NCBI GenBank assembly: GCA_035402645.1
Contig: DAONDQ010000003.1
Coordinates: forward strand, 2,682-66,681
From: Candidatus Cloacimonadota bacterium
GTDB taxonomy: Bacteria > Cloacimonadota > Cloacimonadia > Cloacimonadales > DAONDQ01
Direction: 5' to 3'
Length of the DNA stretch: 64,000 bases
A program made the translations under genes and the position numbers. Below the pieces are notes generated by a model. It had not been told where the DNA came from, did no database searches, and saw only the letters and a list, made by a program, of their open reading frames with translations. Position 1 is the first letter of the stretch. Every line of letters starts with the position of its first letter. This document shows positions 56,833 to 64,000 of this stretch, piece by piece.

Positions 56833-58824
56833 ATGAATAAAGATACAAAACCGACTCCCGAACTACTTCTTCCTGCAGGCAGCAGGGAAGCTTTTGCTGC
56901 TGCCATCGAGGGAGGTGCTGATGCAATTTATCTTGGATTGGAGAAGTTCAATGCGAGAAACAGGGCGAAGAACTTCCATGCCGAAGACCTACCAGTCTTA
57001 TTGGACATTGCGCATAAGCACAAGGTGAAGGTGTATCTCACGCTCAATACTCTTCTTAAGAATATAGAACTCAAGCCATTTTTGGAACTTGTTCAATTTC
57101 TATCCACCTGCAATCCTGATGCGATTATCGTTCAGGACTGGGGTGCATTTCATTTCCTTCGACAAATGCTGAAGACCCAGATCCATGGAAGTACGCAGAT
57201 GGGAATGCACAATTCGCAAGGGGTACAATTCGGTCAGAAAACAGGACTGACCAGGATTATTCTAGCTCGCGAACTGACCATGCCTGAATTGCAGGAAATT
57301 CAAAAGAAAAGCCCCATCGAATTGGAGATGTTCACACATGGTGCCTTATGCTATTCTTTTTCTGGAGGGTGCCTTTTCTCGAGTTATTCAGGAGGAATGA
57401 GTGCCAATAGGGGCTTGTGCCGACAACCCTGCAGAAGACTCTACTCAGAAGAAGATACCTCAAAATACTGGTTCAACCTGAAAGACCTACAACTCCTGGA
57501 AATGATCCCTCAACTGCTCAAACTCGGTGTGCATTCCTTCAAGATAGAAGGGAGAATGAAGCGTGCTGATTATGTATATTCAGTTGCAAGGGCATATCGA
57601 CTGGCGATCGATCATCCTGAACGGATGCAGGAAGCACGGGCAATTCTCGATCATGCCCTGAATCGTGAAACAACTGCATATTTCATGCAGAATCCAATCA
57701 TAGAGAATATTGCAGATTTCCCATTTACCGGAAAACTGATTGGTAAAGTTCTCCGTGCAGAGAAAGAGCAGGTGGAAATCGAATTATCACAACCAATTCA
57801 TAAAGGAGATGTGATACGTATCCTTCCTTTATCAGGTGAAGACAGACCTGCCGTGTCGATCAGAGAAATGAAACGAAACGGACAATCCGTAACTTCCTCA
57901 AACGCTGGAGAGAATGTATCAATCAGCATGGACGGGAAAGGAATTGAAACAGGCGAGATGGTGTTCCTGACTGATAAGGCAGTTTTCAAACCCAGCATCC
58001 AAATCCCATATAGGAAGCCAATCCGGTTAAAGCCATTAACGCCACAGAACAGGAATATTCTGGATAAAAGCACAAAAGCAAGGGAAATGGAAGCAAAAAG
58101 CGGTTTATACGTCCGAATCAATGACGAAAAATGGCTTGAGACACTTGCATCCGTAAAGGTGCAGGAGATATGGATCCCCCTTTCATTGGCAGTTTCAATG
58201 AAACAATGGGAGAAACAGGGAGCATTCCGGATCGAATTGCCGCGGTTTATACCCGAAAAGCAGGTAGAGGAAGTGGAAATCGCCATTCAAAAACTTGTTG
58301 CCAAAGGAATGAATCGATTCATCATAAGTCATATATCACAGGTTCAGTTTTTCAGGAATATGAAGAATATAAGTGTTTGGGCGAATGAATGGGTATATTC
58401 TTTGAACGATGCAGCCATCAATTTCTATGCAGATATGCAGATACGAGGATATGTCTATCCACTTGAGAATGATATTCCCAATCTCTTTCAATACAGAAAT
58501 AAAAATGGGATCGTTCCCCTGTTCTTCCATCCCCAGTTATTCTATTCGAGACAGCCGGTTCACCTGAAAAGGGAATTTTCGGATAAAGACAGGGAATATC
58601 GTATTGTGCGTCAGCATGGATGGACCACGGTGCTTCCTGCAGTTCCTGTCTCTGTCTTTCAATTCAGGGATAAACTGGAGGAACGCGGCTACAGCCGTTT
58701 CCTGATCGATTTATCCTTTATGGATCAGGAGGAAGGATTCCTTGATGAATTGATACAAGCCTATTACAGAGGACTTAAATGGAAGAATGCGACGGCATTT
58801 AATTATAAGAAAGGACTTTGGTGA
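56833..58824 (+). CDS. U32-family protein with long C-terminal extension (RlhA/YdcP-like; putative RNA hydroxylation enzyme rather than a true peptidase)
   Basis: LLLPAGSREAFAAAIEGGADAIYLGLEKFNARNRAKNF and the U32 signature E-x-F-x-HGALCYSFSGGCLFSSYSGGMSANRGLCRQPCR. Its length (663 aa) matches the long RlhA-type members. Confidence 0.85.
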   Translation: MNKDTKPTPELLLPAGSREAFAAAIEGGADAIYLGLEKFNARNRAKNFHAEDLPVLLDIAHKHKVKVYLTLNTLLKNIELKPFLELVQFLSTCNPDAIIVQDWGAFHFLRQMLKTQIHGSTQMGMHNSQGVQFGQKTGLTRIILARELTMPELQEIQKKSPIELEMFTHGALCYSFSGGCLFSSYSGGMSANRGLCRQPCRRLYSEEDTSKYWFNLKDLQLLEMIPQLLKLGVHSFKIEGRMKRADYVYSVARAYRLAIDHPERMQEARAILDHALNRETTAYFMQNPIIENIADFPFTGKLIGKVLRAEKEQVEIELSQPIHKGDVIRILPLSGEDRPAVSIREMKRNGQSVTSSNAGENVSISMDGKGIETGEMVFLTDKAVFKPSIQIPYRKPIRLKPLTPQNRNILDKSTKAREMEAKSGLYVRINDEKWLETLASVKVQEIWIPLSLAVSMKQWEKQGAFRIELPRFIPEKQVEEVEIAIQKLVAKGMNRFIISHISQVQFFRNMKNISVWANEWVYSLNDAAINFYADMQIRGYVYPLENDIPNLFQYRNKNGIVPLFFHPQLFYSRQPVHLKREFSDKDREYRIVRQHGWTTVLPAVPVSVFQFRDKLEERGYSRFLIDLSFMDQEEGFLDELIQAYYRGLKWKNATAFNYKKGLW

Positions 58825-58857
58825 AGTTCGAAGTGCGAAGTACGAAGTTCGAAGTAA
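58823..58857. repeat. heptanucleotide tandem repeat GAAGTNN x5
   Basis: GAAGTTC GAAGTGC GAAGTAC GAAGTTC GAAGTAA. It starts inside the TGA stop codon of the U32 gene. Confidence 0.85.
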
Positions 58858-58893
58858 TTTCAGAGAAGGGAACAGAAAGCAGTCCGAATGAGT

Positions 58894-58946
58894 CCCTCCC
58901 TTGAGATGAAGGGAGGGTGGCACGGTGTGCCGGGTGAGTTTGATAG
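58894..58946. repeat. intergenic GC-rich hairpin-plus-box element, copy 2
   Basis: Perfect 9-bp stem CCCTCCCTT-GAGATG-AAGGGAGGG (58894-58917). Next comes GGCAC-GGT-GTGCC (58919-58931), then GGGTGAGTTTGAT. Bases 58916-58944 match 409-437 at 26/29. Both copies contain CCCTTGAG in the first hairpin. Confidence 0.65.
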
Positions 58947-59060
58947 TCCTGTAAAATAGCTACATTCAACTCAATACAATTTTACTTTTCATGGATCCTC
59001 GCATTCGCAAGGATGACAAACTCAATGAACCACATAAGCTCATATTTTAACTTTTCATTA

Positions 59061-59088
59061 TTAGTTTTTAGTTGTTAGTTATTAGTTA
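59061..59088. repeat. heptanucleotide tandem repeat TTAGTTN x4
   Basis: TTAGTTT TTAGTTG TTAGTTA TTAGTTA at 59061, 59068, 59075 and 59082. The last unit overlaps the stop codon of the minus-strand acyltransferase gene. Confidence 0.85.
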
Positions 59089-59871
59089 TCTCAAAGGCGG
59101 ATACTGATTGAATTTGTTATTGATGATATCAAACGTCATGTCGCTTAATTTCTGTCTTTCCATATCCTTTTCAATGGGTACTTCATCGAATATTGTCACT
59201 TCAACCCTGATTTCCTTCAATTTCAGCATGATCGGGAAGTGAGGGAAGAATGCCATATCACCGTACCAGCATATCAAATCACGATTGGAAAGACTGAATG
59301 GTTTACCGTCTATGGTTATGTACCTGATGCACATGGGAATTACAGGTGTTTGTGACTGGATGGCAGATTCAAAAAGGGATTTTCTGAATGGATGAACATA
59401 ATCTCCGTTAAAACTCGTACCTTCAGGAAAGAGGGCAAGGTCGAACCCTTCCTTCATAACTTCCGTGATTTTTATTAAATCTTCTTTCAAGGCGGAGATA
59501 TGACGTCTATCCGTGTAAAGGCTTCCCCCCAACTGTGTGATTTGACCGAGGAACGGTGTGCTTTTCATCTCAATTGAAGTAATGAAAAGCATGGGATGGA
59601 TGGAAGCGAGAATGGGGATATCCATATAGGAAACATGGTTCGTAACAATAAGATGGTTTCGTTCAGTCAAAATAGATAGTTTTTCAGGATTGGTCACAGT
59701 CACTTTGAATCCCATGATTCGTATCAATTGCTTTGCCGTGTGGGCAATATTCAGCATAAGCTTTTGACGTCGCCTCGTCTTATCACGATTGACGCACAGA
59801 ACATAAATACCAGAGACGAAGAACCGAATCAGTTCCATTATAATAGACAGGGATTTCAGTATATACTTCAT
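59086..59871 (-). CDS. lysophospholipid/lyso-lipoamino-acid O-acyltransferase (PlsC family; OlsA/GlsA-like)
   Basis: HX4D motif in VTNHVSYMDIPIL, plus the FPEGTS motif. 4-nt overlap with the upstream N-acyltransferase gene. Confidence 0.8.
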   Translation of the reverse strand: MKYILKSLSIIMELIRFFVSGIYVLCVNRDKTRRRQKLMLNIAHTAKQLIRIMGFKVTVTNPEKLSILTERNHLIVTNHVSYMDIPILASIHPMLFITSIEMKSTPFLGQITQLGGSLYTDRRHISALKEDLIKITEVMKEGFDLALFPEGTSFNGDYVHPFRKSLFESAIQSQTPVIPMCIRYITIDGKPFSLSNRDLICWYGDMAFFPHFPIMLKLKEIRVEVTIFDEVPIEKDMERQKLSDMTFDIINNKFNQYPPLR

Positions 59872-60716
59872 CTCTCCGATTTACGGGCGTGGGATTGAGT
59901 GAGTTGTTCCACATCGAGAAGGGTGAGAAAATCAACACAGCGGAAACTCTTATCGAGCGCAGGTGTTCCGCATATCTTTGCACCGGCTTTCAGATATGAA
60001 TGCAGCAATGAAGGCACCATTTTTTTTACTTCTGATTCCTTCTCAGGATCATAGAATTTACTGCATCCTTTTCGGATGTACTTTTTAATACCAAATATCT
60101 TGAATTTCCCGCGAGGTTTGATCTTTGTCATTTCCTCAAGAAGTCCCTTTTCCCTGAAATAGCAAAGCATTGCCAGTATTTTTTCCCTATCCATGGTCTT
60201 CACACTGGAACAGCCGAACATATACTTGGTATCGCTCTTTTGCAGATACTCCCTGATTCCTTCCCATAGCAGGGCAATTGTCACACCATTCCGATAATCC
60301 TTATGCACGCATGCTCTTCCCAGTTCCAGTTTGTTGCCGGGGAGTTTGGTGATATGCCTCATGTGGAATTCGGTAGCAGTATAGAATTTCTTGGTGTGCA
60401 GGGATGAGTTCAGGCGATAAGTGCCGATGGGCTGATTTGTCCTCTTGTCAATGATGAGAAGATGGTCACACTTCTTGTCAAATCGGTCGATGTCCGCTTC
60501 CAGGAGTTTCTTCTTGTGTAGCAGTTCTTCAATGAAAACATCATGGCGAAGACGTAGAGCCATCTGAAGTTCTTCAGTATTTTCAGCAGTCTTAATGATA
60601 TAATTCTCTTTTTCAATAAAAATGCTGATCTTGGCATGGAAGTTGCGGATTCTATTATTATGAAGGGATCTTCTTATCGAATGGACTATATTTCTCTTTG
60701 ATTTAGCTTTCTTCAC
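59868..60716 (-). CDS. GNAT-fold N-acyltransferase of the OlsB/GlsB (hemolysin-like) family
   Basis: ALRLRHDVFIEEL...DRFDKKCDHLLIIDK...IGTYRLN...ELGRACVHKDYRNG resembles N-acyl amino acid synthases. It has a GTG start and is paired with a PlsC-family gene. Confidence 0.7.
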   Translation of the reverse strand: MKKAKSKRNIVHSIRRSLHNNRIRNFHAKISIFIEKENYIIKTAENTEELQMALRLRHDVFIEELLHKKKLLEADIDRFDKKCDHLLIIDKRTNQPIGTYRLNSSLHTKKFYTATEFHMRHITKLPGNKLELGRACVHKDYRNGVTIALLWEGIREYLQKSDTKYMFGCSSVKTMDREKILAMLCYFREKGLLEEMTKIKPRGKFKIFGIKKYIRKGCSKFYDPEKESEVKKMVPSLLHSYLKAGAKICGTPALDKSFRCVDFLTLLDVEQLTQSHARKSER

Positions 60717-60896
60717 TGTCTGTTTTTTCCTTTACAGTACAAAAGGGTTACTTTTCATATCTTTTTTTGTTAGTATCTGAAAGCATAAGAGAATGTCAAG
60801 AATGATTTTCAGATTATTTTCTTTCTTGGTTATATTCTTGCATAACAGGATAGGTTATATTCTCAAACTGCATAGAAGTTAAAAGGAGCGCATAAA

Positions 60897-63653
60897 TTGA
60901 AGAAGTTTGTAGTGTACCTCGTCATTGCTGTCATTACTACTTTTGCTCTTGCCGAGACAACAAGCGTGCAAGTGAAGATGAACAACGCCCGTTGTGACGT
61001 CAAAGGAACCGTTACATCCCTGAGTGTGGATGATTTTGGCTATATCACTGCTCCGGGAAGATACAGGCTTCCCTGCAGACGTGTGAACGTGATTTTGCCA
61101 TCCAATGCAGATCATATCACTTGGCAGGCAACATTCTCAAGGGAAACGATCCCACTCACAAATGCTCTTGAAAAGAACACTCCCTATTCCGATGGGGAAA
61201 GATATCTCACTTCTGACGAGCATGCATCGAATCTTCAGCATGTAAAATATGCTGGGATTGGGCATTGGGGAGATGTGACCTTTGCACGCTTCGATGTACT
61301 CCCATACACTTATGATGAAGCTTCTTCTACACTCGAGCAAATCAGCAATCTGAATATACAAGTTTCTTATAATATGAATTCCAGGTCTTTTCCCAACCAT
61401 ATTCCGGCAACCATGAAGGGAAATGAAGAGCAATTCCTCAATCCCGATGCTTTGAAGAGTCTTTACTCGAGCAACAGGACAAGAAACTTTGATTATCTGA
61501 TCATTACGAAACCGAATTTATATAATTCGCTGCAAGCATTGAAGAATTTCCATCAGCAACAGGGGATGGTAGTCCAATTTGCATCAGTTGATTCAATCTT
61601 AACGACTTATGCAGGTGCAGATGGAGCGGACAAGATACGGAACTACCTCATTGCGCAGTACCAGGCTTCCCCTTTTACCTATCTCCTTCTTGTTGGGGAT
61701 GTGGACACAGTGCCCATCAAGTATTTGGGACCGGAACCCAATATGCCGGTGTCTGTCCCCTCGGATTTCTATTATGCAGACCTCAGTTCCAATTTCGATA
61801 CGGACAATGATGGAATTCCAGGTGAATATTCCATGTCTGAAGGAATCGATGATTATGGAATCGATTTCACACCGGAATTATATGTGGGAAGAATTTCATT
61901 CAATGATGCTACCAGTGTCAGTCAGATATGCAACCGCATCATCGCATATGAAAGCACGAATGCTGAATGGAAGAACCATGTTCTCATTCCGTCAGCCATC
62001 CTGAATTATGCCCAGGAAGACGGTAATCCCTGGCTGATGACCAACAACGATACCTGGAGTGAATTCGTGAAGGCGCATATCTTTCATGGCACGAATGTTA
62101 CGACCATGTATGAGCATGAGGGTTTGGTTACTTCAATGCCATCTGACTATGACTTGAACCAGTCGAATTTTACAAATCAACTAAATACGAACAGTTACGG
62201 TATCATCAATTGGTCAGCACATGGCAGTACGATCTCATCAGCCCGTAAGATATGGATGGAAGATACGAACGGTGACGATATTCCACAGAGTTACGAATGT
62301 ATGTGGGATGGACTTGTCGATATGTCCACTTTTGATGGGCTAACGAATCAGGATGGTGCTATATTTTTCTGTGCCTCCTGTAATAATGGCATGTTGGATG
62401 CAGACCAGATGTGCCTGGGTGAAAAGGTTCTCCTTTCCAAGGCGGTGGCTGATATTGCTGCTACCCGCACAGGTTGGTACAAAATAGGATGGAAGAATCC
62501 CGGATGGGGTGGATTATCTTCTTACAATTACTATATACTCGACAATTATGTGAATTTCCACCAAAGCATCGGTCAGGCTGTCGGGAATGTGAATTTCATG
62601 TACAGCAATCTCTTCCTCTTTGGTGATCCTGTCGATACTGATGGAATCATCTGGCCCGAACAGCAGAATATATACACCTATCTTCTATTCGGTGATCCTG
62701 CCGTTGGTTATCGTAGTGATGCAATGAATACACAAGGTGAAATATTGGTATGGGAACCTGCTTCCAATCCCCATAATTCAGCTTTGATCGAGAAAATAAC
62801 GAATGTCTCTCATGCAAATGTCGTTTACACAGATAAATTGATACCCGATTATACCTACTTGGATAAGTTCAAGGCGATATTTGTTCTTTCGGGATTTGGA
62901 ACTGACACATACCAGTTCAATTTGCATTCTGCTGAAAGCCAGATGCTTTCCGATTATCTCGATAATGGCGGGCGTGTGTACCTGGAAGGTGACCAGTTCT
63001 CCGGAGAACCAATCAATCCATTCATTGATAAATTCGCTGCCTTAGCTCCCTATAACCATTTGGCAAATATTCAAACCATTTACGGCTTTGATCATGTTGA
63101 CGGCAGTACCTGGAATTACGCAGGCTATAATGCCATGAATAAACCCTTCCAACCCAACACAACAACCACTTCCGTATTCAAGACAGGATTGGAGAACAAC
63201 TCTGATGTGATTGGTATTTATCATCAGGCAGAACAATATAGGACATTTGCCTCAGCATTTGAACTGAATGGTGTGACAGACGGTACATCATCGGCGAATG
63301 ATTTGCTGCACACGATCCTGTATGACTATCTTGCCATCGATACACCTACTTCTACCGATGATCATACAGCTTCACATGCTGCTCTATCATTGATGAGCTA
63401 TCCTAATCCATTCACAAGCACGATGAAGATAAATGCGAATGTACCAAAATCAGGTCAACTGCTTGTAGAAGTATATAACATCCGTGGTCAAAAGGTACGT
63501 ACCCTGCATTCAGGAACCGCTTCAAAGGGAGAAATGAATCTTTCCTGGAACGGCTTGGATGATAACGGGAACAGCATTGCATCAGGTTTATACATCATCA
63601 AGGCAAGAACATCTGATGCAACGAAGATGATAAAGACCCTTTTATTGAAATGA
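60897..63653 (+). CDS. peptidase C25 (gingipain-like cysteine peptidase) with T9SS sorting domain
   Basis: FDYLIITKPNLYNSLQALKNFHQQQG, YLLLVGDVDTVPIKY and VGRISFND. Catalytic-type His in INWSAHGS and Cys in FFCASCNNG. CTD YPNPFTSTMKI...GLYIIKARTSDATKMIKTLLLK. AAGGAG lies 8 nt before the TTG start at 60897. Confidence 0.85.
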   Translation: MKKFVVYLVIAVITTFALAETTSVQVKMNNARCDVKGTVTSLSVDDFGYITAPGRYRLPCRRVNVILPSNADHITWQATFSRETIPLTNALEKNTPYSDGERYLTSDEHASNLQHVKYAGIGHWGDVTFARFDVLPYTYDEASSTLEQISNLNIQVSYNMNSRSFPNHIPATMKGNEEQFLNPDALKSLYSSNRTRNFDYLIITKPNLYNSLQALKNFHQQQGMVVQFASVDSILTTYAGADGADKIRNYLIAQYQASPFTYLLLVGDVDTVPIKYLGPEPNMPVSVPSDFYYADLSSNFDTDNDGIPGEYSMSEGIDDYGIDFTPELYVGRISFNDATSVSQICNRIIAYESTNAEWKNHVLIPSAILNYAQEDGNPWLMTNNDTWSEFVKAHIFHGTNVTTMYEHEGLVTSMPSDYDLNQSNFTNQLNTNSYGIINWSAHGSTISSARKIWMEDTNGDDIPQSYECMWDGLVDMSTFDGLTNQDGAIFFCASCNNGMLDADQMCLGEKVLLSKAVADIAATRTGWYKIGWKNPGWGGLSSYNYYILDNYVNFHQSIGQAVGNVNFMYSNLFLFGDPVDTDGIIWPEQQNIYTYLLFGDPAVGYRSDAMNTQGEILVWEPASNPHNSALIEKITNVSHANVVYTDKLIPDYTYLDKFKAIFVLSGFGTDTYQFNLHSAESQMLSDYLDNGGRVYLEGDQFSGEPINPFIDKFAALAPYNHLANIQTIYGFDHVDGSTWNYAGYNAMNKPFQPNTTTTSVFKTGLENNSDVIGIYHQAEQYRTFASAFELNGVTDGTSSANDLLHTILYDYLAIDTPTSTDDHTASHAALSLMSYPNPFTSTMKINANVPKSGQLLVEVYNIRGQKVRTLHSGTASKGEMNLSWNGLDDNGNSIASGLYIIKARTSDATKMIKTLLLK

Positions 63654-63683
63654 CACCGGGTTACCGGTAATTTAGGAGAAGAA

Positions 63684-64000
63684 AATGAAAATGACGAAAA
63701 TGTGCGGAATGCTTATGTTCCTGCTGATCCTCACCGCACAGTTGATGGGACTGACAACTGTACTTAGCGAGAATTTTAGTGGCTTGACCGCATCAGGCGG
63801 ATCTACTGATATTTCATCTCAACTCGATACGAAACTTCAAACGACAGGCTGGACTGGCTCCAAGATATTTGAAAATGCCGGTGAAGCTAAGATGGGTTCG
63901 AGCTCAGGAATGGGCTATATCATCACGAAAACAGTTGATATATCAGCTGCTTCCGGAGCTGCCACCCTTCAATTTGATGCTCGTATTTATGGAACTGATG
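63684..64000 (+). CDS. secreted protein, N-terminal fragment (3' end outside window); choice-of-anchor-J-like start
   Basis: AGGAG at 63673-63677 and ATG at 63684. It translates as MKMTKMCGMLMFLLILTAQLMGLTTVLSENFSGLTASGG...GWTGSKIF... and stays open to the window end. This ORF is not in the supplied track because no stop codon is reached. Confidence 0.7.

Overview
Gene-dense chromosomal window with about 43 protein genes. I recognised no rRNA, tRNA, CRISPR array, transposase or integrase. Eight complete genes end in a YPNPFNPETTI...GVYFY...KKMLLLK type-IX-secretion (T9SS) C-terminal sorting domain. Together with a Bacteroidetes-style 7-gene V-type ATPase operon and clear AGGAG Shine-Dalgarno sites, this suggests an uncultured FCB-superphylum anaerobe, possibly Cloacimonadota-like. 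That placement is inference only. Housekeeping content: leuS, purC, gap, fba, the V-ATPase operon atpE/DUF2764/A/B/D/I/K, a glutathione peroxidase homologue, a U32/RlhA-like enzyme, a Cho-like half-UvrC and a MutS domain-V paralogue. Accessory content: T9SS cargo, namely an LVIVD propeller, two tandem endonuclease-I paralogues, a phospholipase-C-like beta-helix giant, a second beta-helix protein, a metallophosphoesterase and a C25 gingipain-like peptidase. There is also a minus-strand envelope cluster (7.4-14.5 kb) and an N-acyl-amino-acid lipid gene pair. The most unusual signals are non-coding. (1) A dyad-symmetric array of CCAATC/GATTGG hexamers sits at an exact 11-bp period upstream of the U32 gene. 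(2) A second 11-bp tandem array lies in the 530-bp gpx/PLC-like divergent region. (3) Heptanucleotide tandem repeats bracket a convergent intergenic spacer. (4) A GC-rich hairpin-plus-box element occurs twice in the window. (5) A 200-bp string of GC-rich hairpins follows the large nuclease gene. (6) An in-frame relic of a T9SS sorting domain lies directly after a TAG stop. The best protein-level candidate for an undescribed system is the 7.4-14.5 kb cluster: membrane GT2, flippase-like protein, putative Wzi-like outer-membrane barrel, AMIN-TPR-TM-LuxR-HTH regulator, lytic transglycosylase, TPR protein and soluble M48-TerB-like peptidase. All functional calls rest on motif recognition by eye. 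No searches or computations were run.
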